Source: an uncultured cyanobacterium (lineage in GTDB: Bacteria; Cyanobacteriota; Cyanobacteriia; PCC-6307; Cyanobiaceae). From it: DNA of 64,000 bases. The notes beneath the pieces were generated by a model. The model did no database searches. It was not told the DNA's origin and saw only the letters and a program-made list of their open reading frames with translations. How positions within the stretch are numbered: position 1 is the first letter of the stretch; every line of letters starts with the position of its first letter. The position numbers were made by a program, and so were the translations under genes. Below, piece by piece: positions 20,254 to 29,907 of the stretch. The DNA is taken from the NCBI GenBank assembly GCA_963765575.1, contig CAVXWZ010000002.1, forward strand, positions 544,001 through 608,000. The letters run 5' to 3'.

Positions 20254-21673
20254 GCCCAGGCCGCATCAGCGCCCAGGCCTGGCGCAGGGTGCCGGCATCA
20301 CCCAGGTTGCCGGGGAAGGTGAGCAGCGGCAGCCCCGCCAGCGCCCGATCGCCGGCGGGCAGGAGCACCAGCGACAGCCCCGGCAGCAGCTGGCCCTGCA
20401 GCTCCACCAGCCCCGCCCCCAAACCGTCGGCCAGCAGGGTGTGGGTGGTGATGCCGCCCTTGCTGATCACGTAGCCCAGCCGCGGCGCCAGGGCTGCGAC
20501 CAGCCGCGCCATCAGGGCCGCCAGCTCCAGCCCCAGCCGGCGCCGCTCGCCGGCCGAGCGGCAGGCCAGCTCGCCGCGGCTGCTGAACAGCACCGGCGTG
20601 CGTCCGGCGGCCAGCGCCGCCTCCAGCCGCTGCAGCCAGGTGCGCTCCAACGAGGCCAACAGCGCGCCGGGCAGGGGGCCCTCCAGCACCCGGGCCACCT
20701 TGGCCACCTGCACCTCGATCGCGGCGCAGCCGGGTTCAGCCAGCAACGCCTCCAGCTGGGCATCGGCCAGGGGCACATGGGAGCCCACCAGCACCAGGCC
20801 CGGCAGCGGCACCCCCTGGGCGTCCCGGCGGCGCAGGCCCGCCAGGGCCGCCGGATCCAGGGGCTGGGGGTCGAGGGGCGCCAGGGCATTGAGCAGGCTG
20901 GCGGCCGCCTGGAACAGAAACTGGCGCGGCCGGCCCCAGCGCTGTGCGGCGGCGGGCCCCGTGAGCTCCCGCACCGCCGCCCCCAGGGCCGCCAGCTGCT
21001 GGGGCTGCTCCGCGTCCACCGCCACGCAGCAGTTGTCCGCCAGCGCCGCCAGCCGCCCACACAGCGCCCCAAACCCCGGCCCCTGAGGATCGCCTGCGGC
21101 GGCATCCAATGTCGCCAGGTCGATGCGCTGCACCGCGGCCGCCGGAATCCGCCCGCCGCTCTTCTCCTCCACCCACGCCGGCAGAAAGCTGCTGCGGTAG
21201 CCCAGCAGGCGGTCGCGGGCGAAGGCGGTGGTGTGCACCGGCTCACCCTGCAAATAGTGGACGCCGCCCCGGGTGGTGCGCCCCCCCGGCAGGAAGGCCG
21301 GCACCAGCAGGGTGGCATCGATGCCGGCGGGTCCGCCCAGCTCGGCGGCGATCACCTCCAGCTCCAGGGGGAAATGGCTGCGCAGGGTGGAGTCGCCGCG
21401 GCTCACCAGCAACCAGCGCCCGATCAGCCCCTCGCGGCGGGCCGCCGCCAGGGCCGGCGCCAGGGCCCGGCAGATCTGCCCCACCCGCGCCGCCGCCGCC
21501 GCCGGATCCAGGGCGCGGGTGTTGGCCAGGAGGAACAGAAACGGTGAGGGATGGGCCAGGCCGGCGCGCAGGCTGGCGGCATCCCAGCGCAGCAGCAGCG
21601 GACAGCTGTGCAGGGTCTGGGAGCCGGTGGGGTCGTCGTCGAAGACAACGATCTTGAGGGGGACGGCGGCCAT
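20183..21673 (-). CDS. Four-carbon acid sugar kinase family protein (YgbK/DUF1537)
   Basis: VVFDDDPTGSQT, SRGDSTLRSHFPLE, SKGGITT and TFPGNLGD. Confidence 0.85.
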   Translation of the reverse strand: MAAVPLKIVVFDDDPTGSQTLHSCPLLLRWDAASLRAGLAHPSPFLFLLANTRALDPAAAAARVGQICRALAPALAAARREGLIGRWLLVSRGDSTLRSHFPLELEVIAAELGGPAGIDATLLVPAFLPGGRTTRGGVHYLQGEPVHTTAFARDRLLGYRSSFLPAWVEEKSGGRIPAAAVQRIDLATLDAAAGDPQGPGFGALCGRLAALADNCCVAVDAEQPQQLAALGAAVRELTGPAAAQRWGRPRQFLFQAAASLLNALAPLDPQPLDPAALAGLRRRDAQGVPLPGLVLVGSHVPLADAQLEALLAEPGCAAIEVQVAKVARVLEGPLPGALLASLERTWLQRLEAALAAGRTPVLFSSRGELACRSAGERRRLGLELAALMARLVAALAPRLGYVISKGGITTHTLLADGLGAGLVELQGQLLPGLSLVLLPAGDRALAGLPLLTFPGNLGDAGTLRQAWALMRPGLRSGSVPTAGSASGPWPAPPPGG

Positions 21674-21690
21674 GGCACCATCGTGCCGTG

Positions 21691-22989
21691 ATGCGCCCTG
21701 AGCCCAGCGAACTGCAGGAGCTGGTGCGGGATCTGCACCGGCAGGCCACCCCCTGGCTGCCGGCCGGCAGCGGCAGCCGCCTGGACTGGGGGCCGCCGGT
21801 GCAGCCCGGGCCTGAGCGCAGCGAGCCCCTGGCGCTGAGCACCGCCCGCCTGGACCGGATCGTGGAGCACAACCCGGGCGACTTCACCATCACCGTCCAG
21901 GCCGGCACACCATTGGTAGTGGTGCAGCAGGAGCTGGCACGCCACCGGCAGTGGCTGAGCCTGGACTGGCCCTGGGGCACCGCCGAGCTTGCCGGCGCCC
22001 CCGAGGCCAGCAGTGGCAGCTTTGGTGCCAGCAGTGGCAGCCTTGGTGCCGGCAGCGTCGGCGGGCTGGTGGCCCGGGGTCTGGCCGGCGGCTACCGCCA
22101 GCGCCACCTGGGGGTGCGCGACCAGCTGATCGGCATCGCCCTGCTGCGGGCCGACGGCACCGCCGCCCGCGCCGGCGGCAAGGTGGTGAAGAACGTGGCC
22201 GGCTACGACCTGATGCGGCCGCTGTGCGGCAGCTGGGGCTCCCTGGCCCTGATCACCGAGGTCACCCTGCGCACCCAGCCGTTGCCGCCCCAGCGCCGCG
22301 GGCTCTGGCTGCCCGGCCCGCTGTCGCAGCTGCAGCCCCTGGCCCGCTGGCTGCTCAACTCCAGCCTCAGCCCGGAACGGCTCGACTGGCACCGCCACAC
22401 CCTGCCCGCCGCGCCGGAGCCAGCCGAGAGCGGCAGCGAGACCGCGGCCCTGCTGATCAGCCTGGCCAGCATCAGCCCCGAAACCCTTGAGGATCAGCTC
22501 ACCTGCATCGGCCGCGAAGCCGACCAGGCCGGCCTGGTGGCCGAGCGCCTCGACCCCGAGCGCCTGGAGGCCCACCTGGAGCTGGGCCGGGGGGCGGCAC
22601 AGCCACGGCCCGACTGGCTGCTGCGTGGCGGCGTGCTGCCCAGCCGGGTGCCGGCGCTGTTGGAGGCCCCCGAGCTGCGCGGCGTGAGCGCGGTGATCGG
22701 GGCCGGCAGCGGCCTGGGTGACCTCTGGGCCGCTGCCGCTGCGCTGCCGGCCTACCGGGTGCAGGCCCTGCGCCGCCGCTGCCAGGAGCTGGGCGGCCAC
22801 CTCACCGTGCTGCGCCAGCCGCCCGGCCCGCCGGACAGCGCCATTCCGGCCTGGCTGGATGCCCCGTCGCGGCCACTGATCGAGGCGCTCAAGCGGCAGT
22901 TCGATCCGAAACAGCAGCTGGCCCGGGGCCGGTTGCCGGGGGTTCAGCCCCAGCCCCTTCCCCGGCAGCGGGACTCGCCGCCGAACTGA
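21691..22989 (+). CDS. glcE: FAD-binding glycolate oxidase subunit
   Basis: GSGSRLDWG, GGKVVKNVAGYDLMR, GSWGSLALITEV and LKRQFDP. Confidence 0.8.
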   Translation: MRPEPSELQELVRDLHRQATPWLPAGSGSRLDWGPPVQPGPERSEPLALSTARLDRIVEHNPGDFTITVQAGTPLVVVQQELARHRQWLSLDWPWGTAELAGAPEASSGSFGASSGSLGAGSVGGLVARGLAGGYRQRHLGVRDQLIGIALLRADGTAARAGGKVVKNVAGYDLMRPLCGSWGSLALITEVTLRTQPLPPQRRGLWLPGPLSQLQPLARWLLNSSLSPERLDWHRHTLPAAPEPAESGSETAALLISLASISPETLEDQLTCIGREADQAGLVAERLDPERLEAHLELGRGAAQPRPDWLLRGGVLPSRVPALLEAPELRGVSAVIGAGSGLGDLWAAAAALPAYRVQALRRRCQELGGHLTVLRQPPGPPDSAIPAWLDAPSRPLIEALKRQFDPKQQLARGRLPGVQPQPLPRQRDSPPN

Positions 22990-23866
22990 GGCCGGCCAGC
23001 CACTCCAGCAGGGCGGCATTCACCTGTTCCGGCACTTCGTCGTGGGGACAGTGGCCGGCCTCCAGCACCACCTCGCTGGTGGCCGCCGGCGCGTGCCGCT
23101 GGAAGGCGGCCCGGCGGCCGGCGGCGTTGATCCAGGGATCGCGGATGCCCCAGAGCAGCAGCAGCGGGCAGTTCAGCTCGGCGAAGAGTTCATCGAGGGG
23201 CTGGCCCCGGGGGATGTCGAACACGGTGCGGAACACCCCGAACGCCCCCGGATCCAGCGAGGGACGACGGATCGCCTCCACCAGCTCCGCATCGACATGG
23301 GTGCGGTCGATGTACACCTGGTTGAGGGTGCGGCGAATGGTCGCCGGACGGCGCAGGTTCTCGAACAGCAACCGCTGCAGCACCGGGCTGCGCAGCAGGG
23401 CGCCGCCGATCGTCTGACGGGCGATCGCCCCCCAGCCCCGCGGCGGCGCCTGCTCATCGCTGAAGGGCCCGGCGGCATTGAGCAGCGCCACCCCCGCCGC
23501 CTGCTCAGCCAGGGCCACGGCCGCGGCCAGGCAGGCGAAGCCGCCCAGGGAATTGCCCACCAGCACCGTGGGCCGGCCGATGCGCTCGGCCACATAGGCA
23601 CTGAGCTGGTCGCGCCAGAGGGCGCCGCCGTAGGCCAGGCCGGCGGGCTTGGCGCTGCGTCCAAACCCCAGCAGATCGATGGCATGCACCTCATGGCGGC
23701 GGGCCAGCACCGGCAGGTTGTGGCGCCAGTGGTCGGTGGAGGCGCCGAAGCCATGCACCAGCAGCAGCGCCGGCCCCTGCGGCCGCTCCGGCACGGCCTT
23801 CAGCGCATGGACTGCATGGCCGCGGTACTGCCAGGGCTGCACCCGGATCGCCGCGCCCGATTCCAT
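22889..23866 (-). CDS. Alpha/beta fold hydrolase
   Basis: LVHGFGAS, GNSLGG nucleophile elbow and AGHCPHDE; start uncertain. Confidence 0.85.
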   Translation of the reverse strand: MESGAAIRVQPWQYRGHAVHALKAVPERPQGPALLLVHGFGASTDHWRHNLPVLARRHEVHAIDLLGFGRSAKPAGLAYGGALWRDQLSAYVAERIGRPTVLVGNSLGGFACLAAAVALAEQAAGVALLNAAGPFSDEQAPPRGWGAIARQTIGGALLRSPVLQRLLFENLRRPATIRRTLNQVYIDRTHVDAELVEAIRRPSLDPGAFGVFRTVFDIPRGQPLDELFAELNCPLLLLWGIRDPWINAAGRRAAFQRHAPAATSEVVLEAGHCPHDEVPEQVNAALLEWLAGLSSAASPAAGEGAGAEPPATGPGPAAVSDRTAA

Positions 23867-23954
23867 CTTGCCGCTCACCGCACTCACCGCCGACTCCCTG
23901 GGGTGGTTGATGCTAGGGATCACACCCCAGCGTCGGCCCCGCCCCGGCTCCCCC

Positions 23955-24263
23955 ATGGTTGTGCCCCACTGGATTCCCCTGCTGCCCGGCACCGCCTTCT
24001 GGGCGCTGGCGCTCTACCTGCCCCTGAGCCTGCCGCTGGCGCGCCTGGAGGCGGCGCTGGCCGCCGGCAGCCTGCCCGAGAACCTGCAGCAGCTGGTGCT
24101 GGTGGTCGGCAGCCTGCTGCTGGCCCTGGCGGTGGGGGGCCTCACCAACCTGGCCCTGAGCTGGGCCCTGGGCCCCAGCTGGGCCAGCAGCATGGGGCTG
24201 ATCGCCGCCGGCTGGGGCGCCTTCACAGCCCTCGCCAGTCAAGCCAGGGACAACGGGGAATGA
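23955..24263 (+). CDS. Small membrane protein
   Basis: About three hydrophobic segments; host-like codon usage. Confidence 0.6.
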   Translation: MVVPHWIPLLPGTAFWALALYLPLSLPLARLEAALAAGSLPENLQQLVLVVGSLLLALAVGGLTNLALSWALGPSWASSMGLIAAGWGAFTALASQARDNGE

Positions 24264-24825
24264 TCGCCGGCGTGCTGCTGCGGTAGGCGGCATAGCTGGG
24301 ATGGAGGCGCTGCAGGCCCCGCTCCTCGCGCCGGGCCTTGCCCCCCAGCACCACCACCAGGGCCAGCAACAACCCGAGGTGCAGCAGGCTGCCCAGGGCC
24401 AGCGTCAGGCCCAGGGAGCACACCAGCACCGCCTGGTAGAGGGGGTGACGGCAGCGGGCGTAGGCACCCGTGGTCACCAGCGCCGCGTCAGCCATCGGCT
24501 CGGGCAGGGGCGTGAGGTTGGATCCCAGCCGCAGGAAGGCCTGCAGCGCCAGCAGCAGCCCCGCCAGCAGCAGCGCAGCGCCAGCGAAGGCCAGGGGCAG
24601 CGGCCAGGCGACACCCCAGGAGCCCGGGGCCGGCCAGGCAGGCAGCAGGTGGGCGGCGATCAGCAGCAGCTGGGCCAGCAGCCACCACTCGCCACGCCGG
24701 TTGTCGAGCCAGCCGCCCCAGCTCAGGCCCCAGCGCCGGGGCAGCTCCAGCAGGGGGCGGGAGGCAGGGCCAGCGGCCGGATCAGGTGGGGATTTCGGCG
24801 AGGGGGTCAAGGTCCGGTCCTCCAC
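24223..24825 (-). CDS. Isoprenylcysteine carboxyl methyltransferase family membrane protein
   Basis: LVTTGAYARCRHPLY and KARREE...YAAY. Confidence 0.8.
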   Translation of the reverse strand: MEDRTLTPSPKSPPDPAAGPASRPLLELPRRWGLSWGGWLDNRRGEWWLLAQLLLIAAHLLPAWPAPGSWGVAWPLPLAFAGAALLLAGLLLALQAFLRLGSNLTPLPEPMADAALVTTGAYARCRHPLYQAVLVCSLGLTLALGSLLHLGLLLALVVVLGGKARREERGLQRLHPSYAAYRSSTPAIIPRCPWLDWRGL

Positions 24826-26137
24826 TGCTGCCGCTGAGCACCACCCGTAGCAGAATCGGCGCCAGGAAGGTGGTACCGATCACCATCAGCAGGATGGCGG
24901 CCTCCAGGGGCTTGGTGAGCAGGCCGGCCTGGGTGCCCAGGCCCAGAAAGATCAGACCCACCTCACCCCGCGGCATCATCCCCAGACCCACCACCAGGCG
25001 GTTGGTCTTCTCCTTGCTGATGTAGCTCCAGCCGGCGGCGATCTTGCCGGCGATCGCCACCACCAACAGGAAGGCGGCGATGATCAGCCCCTCGCGGTTG
25101 TCGGGGTTGAAGGGGTTGAGCACCGCCAGGTCCATGCTGGTGCCGATCAGCACGAAGAAGATGGTGGCGAACAGGGCCACCAGGGGCTTGACCGCCGCAT
25201 CGATGGCGTGGGTGTGCTTGGAGGCGCTGAGGATCAGGCCGGCGGCGAAGGCGCCCAGGGCGGCCTCAAGGCCGATCGCCTGGGCGGCGAAGCAGCAGAG
25301 CGAGAGCACCACGAAGGAGGCCACCACCACCTCACCGGGGGCCTTGAGGCGATCCAGCAGCCAGTCGAAGCCTGGGGCGGCGGTGCGGCTGAGGAACAGG
25401 GCCGCGGCCACGAACACGCCGGCGGCGGCCACCAGCTTGAGGATCGGTCCGAGGCTGAAGCCGGCACCACCCGCCAGGCTCACCACCACCGCCAGGATGA
25501 CGATGCCGAGGATGTCATCGAGCACGGCGGCGCCGATCACGGTCTGGCCCTCGCGGGTCTTGAGAAACTTGAGCTCCCCGAAGACGCTGGCGGTGATGCC
25601 GATCGAGGTGGCGGTCATCGCCGCGCCGGCGAAGATCGCCGGAATCAGCGGCACATCAAAGAAGTAGTAGAGGCCGGCGGTGCCCAGGGCGAAGGGGAGC
25701 ACCACCCCGGTCACGGCCACGGTGGTGGCCTGCATGCCCACGGCCACCAGCTCGTCGAGTTCGCTCTCCAGGCCGGTGAGGAAGAGCAGCGCGTAGAGGC
25801 CGATCTCCGAGACGGCCTGGAGGTTGGGGAAGGTTTCGCTGTAGAGCTCCTGCACGGTGTCGGGCGAGACCTCGGAGAGGGAGCCCACCAGGGAGAGCAG
25901 CCAGCCGCTGAGCTGGGCCTGGGTTTCAGGGGGCACGATCAGGTGCAGGCCGGAGACGCCGATGAGCACACCGGCCACCAGCTCGCCGAGGATGGTGGGT
26001 AGCTGGATGCGCACCATCAGCTCAGCGAGCAGCCGCGCCGCCACGAAGATCACCAGAAATTCGCCCACGGCGATGAGGGTTTCGGCCACCTCGAGCTGAT
26101 GGCTGCCCACCTCCAGCAGCAGCGACGGCAGGATCAT
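24782..26137 (-). CDS. Na+/H+ antiporter (CPA2 cation:proton antiporter)
   Basis: TATSIGIT, AAVLDDILG and GMMPRGEVGLIF; many TM helices. Confidence 0.88.
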   Translation of the reverse strand: MILPSLLLEVGSHQLEVAETLIAVGEFLVIFVAARLLAELMVRIQLPTILGELVAGVLIGVSGLHLIVPPETQAQLSGWLLSLVGSLSEVSPDTVQELYSETFPNLQAVSEIGLYALLFLTGLESELDELVAVGMQATTVAVTGVVLPFALGTAGLYYFFDVPLIPAIFAGAAMTATSIGITASVFGELKFLKTREGQTVIGAAVLDDILGIVILAVVVSLAGGAGFSLGPILKLVAAAGVFVAAALFLSRTAAPGFDWLLDRLKAPGEVVVASFVVLSLCCFAAQAIGLEAALGAFAAGLILSASKHTHAIDAAVKPLVALFATIFFVLIGTSMDLAVLNPFNPDNREGLIIAAFLLVVAIAGKIAAGWSYISKEKTNRLVVGLGMMPRGEVGLIFLGLGTQAGLLTKPLEAAILLMVIGTTFLAPILLRVVLSGSSGGPDLDPLAEIPT

Positions 26138-26300
26138 GGGCAACTCCATGGTCAGGGGGATCGATAGGGAAAAGCGGGCCCGACCATAAGGCGATTCGCC
26201 GCAGCGCAGCCGCAGGCCGGTGTTCGCTTGCTGATCCCTAGTCGCAGGAGGCAGTCGGCCGTGGCAGCGGTGGCTACGGTCGGCAGACTCCGGTTCCCGC

Positions 26301-28871
26301 ATGACGCAGGCCAACCCGCTCACCCCGATCGAGCCCGAGCGGCTCGCCGCCAGTCGGCCGGCCAACCTGCGCCTGCCCACCCCGGGCTGCTACGCCGACC
26401 CCCACCGCAGCGGCCTGGGCGCCAGCGAGGTGTTCGACGGCATGACCGAGCACCTCTTCTACACGCTCGGCAAGCTCGCCCCCACCGCCAGCCGCCACGA
26501 CCTCTACATGGCGCTCAGCTTCGCGGTGCGCGACCGGCTGATGACCCGCTATCTGGCCGGCGTGGAGGCCCTGCGCGCCACCCCCACCCGGGTGGTGGCC
26601 TACCTCTCGGCCGAGTTCCTGATCGGGCCCCAGCTGGGCAACAACCTGCTGATGCTCGGCATTCAGGAGGCGGCGGCCGAGGCCCTCAAGGGCTTCGGCA
26701 TCCAAGACCTCGGCGAGATCCTCGATGTGGAGGAGGAGCCGGGGCTGGGCAATGGCGGCCTCGGCCGCCTGGCGGCCTGCTTCCTGGAATCCCTGGCCTC
26801 CCTGGAGATCCCGGCTACCGGCTACGGCATCCGCTACGAATTCGGCATCTTCGACCAGCTGATCCGCGACGGCTGGCAGGTGGAGATCACCGACAAGTGG
26901 CTGAAGGCCGGCTGGCCGTGGGAGCTGCCCCAGCCCGACCAGGCCTGCTTCGTGGGCTTCGGGGGCCGCACCGAGACCTACAGCGACAGCCACGGCGTGC
27001 AGCGCAGCCGCTGGATCCCGGCCGAGCACGCCATCGGCGTGCCCCACGACGTGCCGGTGCTGGGCTACCGGGTGAACACCTGCGACCGGTTGCGGCTGTG
27101 GCGGGCCGACGCCACCGAGAGCTTCGATTTCTACGCCTTCAACATCGGCGACTACTACGGCGCCGTGGAGGAGAAGGTGGGCAGTGAAACCCTCTCCAAG
27201 GTGCTCTACCCCAACGACGGCACCGATGAGGGCCGGCGGCTGCGGCTCAAGCAGCAGCACTTCTTCGTGAGCTGTTCCCTGCAGGACATGATCCGCAGCC
27301 TCGAGGCCCGCGGCATCCCGGTGCAGGAGTTTCCCCAGCACTGGGCGGTGCAGCTCAACGACACCCACCCCTCGATCGCGGTGGCCGAACTGATGCGGCT
27401 GCTGCTCGATGAGAAGCATCTCGAATGGGAGGACGCCTGGACGATCACCACCGCCTCACTCGCCTACACCAACCACACCCTGCTCCCCGAGGCGCTGGAG
27501 AAGTGGGGGGTTGATTTGATGGGCTCGCTGCTGCCGCGCCACCTGGAGATCATCTACGAGATCAACCGCCGCTTCCTGCAGCAGGTGCGGATACGCCATC
27601 CCGGCGATGAACAGATGCTGCGACGCGTGTCGATCATCGATGAGGACGGCCCCAAGGCCGTGCGCATGGCCCACCTGGCCACGATCGGCTGCCACCATGT
27701 GAACGGTGTGGCGGCCCTGCACAGCGATCTGGTGCAGCGGGACCTGTTCCCCGACTTTGCCGCTCTGTGGCCGCAGAAGTTCACCAATGTGACCAACGGC
27801 GTCACCCCACGGCGCTGGCTGGCCCTGGCCAATCCCCGACTCTCCAGCCTGATCAGCGACGCCATCGGCGACGGCTGGGTGAAGGATCTCGATCAATTGC
27901 GCCGACTGGAGGCCTTTGCCGACGACGACGGCTTCCTGGAGCGCTGGGGTGACACCAAGCTGGCGGTGAAGACCCAGCTTGCCAATTACATCAAGAGCCA
28001 CACTGGCGTGCTGGTGGATCCCACATCCCTGTTCGACGTGCAGGTGAAGCGCATCCACGAATACAAACGCCAGCACCTCTGCGCCCTGCAGGTGATCGCC
28101 CACTACCTGCGCATCAAGAGCGGCACCGGCGACGATCTGCCGTCACGCACGGTGATCTTTGGTGGCAAGGCAGCTCCCGGCTACTACATGGCCAAGCTGA
28201 TCATCCGCTTCATCAACGGCATCGCCCAAACGGTGAACTCCGATCCCGATATGGACGGGCGCCTGCGGGTGATCTTCCTGGCCGATTACAGCGTCAAGCT
28301 GGGTGAGAAGGTGTATCCGGCCACCGACCTCTCCGAGCAGGTCTCGACTGCCGGCAAGGAGGCTTCGGGCACCGGCAACATGAAGTTCGCCATGAATGGT
28401 GCGCTCACCATCGGCACCCTCGATGGCGCCAACGTGGAGATTCGCGAGCAGGTGGGCGCGGACAACTTCTTCCTGTTCGGCCGCACCGCCGACGAGATCG
28501 CCGCCCTGCGCGCCGAGGGCTACCGCCCCTGGGAATGGATCAGCTCAATCCCCGAGCTGGGGGAGGTGCTGCGCCTGATCGAGCAGGGCCACTTCAGCGA
28601 CGGCGACAGTGATCTGTTCCGGCCGCTGCTGCAGAACCTCACCGGCCAGGACCCCTTCTTCGTGCTGGCCGATTTCCAGGACTACCTGCGCGCCCAGAGC
28701 GAGGTGAACCAGGCCTGGGCCGATCGCCGGCGCTGGAACCGCATGGCCCTGCTCAATTCGGCCCGCACGGGCTTTTTCTCCTCCGACCGCTCGATCCGCG
28801 AGTACGCCGAGCGCATCTGGGACGCCCAGCCCTACCCGGTGACGATCACCTGCGAGACAGATCAGGCCTGA
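26301..28871 (+). CDS. glgP: Glycogen phosphorylase
   Basis: LGNGGLGRLAACF, QLNDTHP, KRIHEYKRQ and KEASGTGNMKF. Confidence 0.97.
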   Translation: MTQANPLTPIEPERLAASRPANLRLPTPGCYADPHRSGLGASEVFDGMTEHLFYTLGKLAPTASRHDLYMALSFAVRDRLMTRYLAGVEALRATPTRVVAYLSAEFLIGPQLGNNLLMLGIQEAAAEALKGFGIQDLGEILDVEEEPGLGNGGLGRLAACFLESLASLEIPATGYGIRYEFGIFDQLIRDGWQVEITDKWLKAGWPWELPQPDQACFVGFGGRTETYSDSHGVQRSRWIPAEHAIGVPHDVPVLGYRVNTCDRLRLWRADATESFDFYAFNIGDYYGAVEEKVGSETLSKVLYPNDGTDEGRRLRLKQQHFFVSCSLQDMIRSLEARGIPVQEFPQHWAVQLNDTHPSIAVAELMRLLLDEKHLEWEDAWTITTASLAYTNHTLLPEALEKWGVDLMGSLLPRHLEIIYEINRRFLQQVRIRHPGDEQMLRRVSIIDEDGPKAVRMAHLATIGCHHVNGVAALHSDLVQRDLFPDFAALWPQKFTNVTNGVTPRRWLALANPRLSSLISDAIGDGWVKDLDQLRRLEAFADDDGFLERWGDTKLAVKTQLANYIKSHTGVLVDPTSLFDVQVKRIHEYKRQHLCALQVIAHYLRIKSGTGDDLPSRTVIFGGKAAPGYYMAKLIIRFINGIAQTVNSDPDMDGRLRVIFLADYSVKLGEKVYPATDLSEQVSTAGKEASGTGNMKFAMNGALTIGTLDGANVEIREQVGADNFFLFGRTADEIAALRAEGYRPWEWISSIPELGEVLRLIEQGHFSDGDSDLFRPLLQNLTGQDPFFVLADFQDYLRAQSEVNQAWADRRRWNRMALLNSARTGFFSSDRSIREYAERIWDAQPYPVTITCETDQA

Positions 28872-28909
28872 CAAATCAGGCCTGAACGCCGGATCGGGGC
28901 TGATCGCGC

Positions 28910-29407
28910 TCAGCCCCGGTCCGGCAGATCGGGGGTCTGGTGCAGCAGCCGGTTGAGCCGCAGCCGGTCCGCGTTGAGGGGGTCGGGGGCCAGCTCGCCG
29001 GCCTGCTCATGGAAGGTTTGCTCCACCTCCTCGGGCACGCGCACATCGAAGATGCGCTCCATCAGCGCCTCGATCGAGAACAGGTGGGCATTGATGTTCT
29101 CCAGATCAGCCAGGGCCTGCTGCATGGCATCGGGCTCGCTCTGCTCGTCCGGCTCGGCCCCAGGGGCGACAACGGCTCCGGCAGGGCCGGCGACGGGCTG
29201 GGCCTCATTGGCATCCTGCCGCTTCTGCAGCTCCTCCATCACCCGACCGGCGAGGGTGCGGAACGACTGCAGGGCCGCCCAATTGAGTTCCTGCTGCTGT
29301 CGCAGGCTGGGATTTTCGCGGATCAGTCGGTCATGCTCCCGATAGAAACGCTGGCAATCAGGGCACTGGCAGGGCTCTTCGGGCACCGCGCTCCCTATCC
29401 GTCGCAA
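28910..29407 (-). CDS. Conserved hypothetical protein (N-terminal CxCxxC, helical)
   Basis: Open frame with host-like codon usage; start could be GTG at 29386. Confidence 0.65.
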   Translation of the reverse strand: MRRIGSAVPEEPCQCPDCQRFYREHDRLIRENPSLRQQQELNWAALQSFRTLAGRVMEELQKRQDANEAQPVAGPAGAVVAPGAEPDEQSEPDAMQQALADLENINAHLFSIEALMERIFDVRVPEEVEQTFHEQAGELAPDPLNADRLRLNRLLHQTPDLPDRG

Positions 29408-29433
29408 CCCCCATCATGGCATCAGGGAACACA

Positions 29434-29733
29434 TCAGGCCGCTGATGGGTCGGATTCGTCGGCCGACGGCAGCGGAATCTCGATTGAGGTCACCACGTTG
29501 ATCACATCGCGCAGCCGCATCGAATCGGCAAACCAGCCCATGGCCTGCTCGGTGTCGCCCCGGCGCTCGGCATCACAGGCCTGCTCCTCGTGGGCTTCGA
29601 TCAACAGGGCCAGCCAGCAGAGGCAGCGGGCCTGCACCACGGAGAGGTCGAGTTCATCGGGCTGGGTGTCGAGGATCTGCTGGGTTTCCTGCTGAACCAG
29701 CAGACGCAGCCTGAGGTCGTGCAGCTGGGTCAT
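29434..29733 (-). CDS. Conserved hypothetical protein
   Basis: 99-aa helical ORF co-oriented with the downstream gene. Confidence 0.65.
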   Translation of the reverse strand: MTQLHDLRLRLLVQQETQQILDTQPDELDLSVVQARCLCWLALLIEAHEEQACDAERRGDTEQAMGWFADSMRLRDVINVVTSIEIPLPSADESDPSAA

Positions 29734-29793
29734 CGCGGGATGGCGACTGCTGACACGCTAGCGGCAGTGGCTGATTTCTCCAGGGCACCATTC

Positions 29794-29807
29794 GTAGCGT
29801 TCACTAC
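29794..29807. promoter_or_regulatory. Possible NtcA binding site
   Basis: GTA-GCGTTCAC-TAC matches GTA-N8-TAC, in a divergent intergenic region. Confidence 0.4.
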
Positions 29808-29907
29808 CACAGCTCCACAAAGCGGCCGCCGCAGCGATGGTTGACATCAGGGGCGGCTCTGCGCAGGGTTTAGGAGATCCCCACCTGAGCCCCGAAGCCC
29901 AGAGCTG

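Noticed and set aside
22006..22056. 21-bp in-frame tandem duplication in glcE (ASSGSFG/ASSGSLG)
   Set aside because: Simple slippage in a probable loop, with no sign of a wider system.
28861..28885. Duplicated palindrome ATCAGGCCTGA at the glgP stop
   Set aside because: Two copies only; most likely a local duplication or hairpin between convergent genes.
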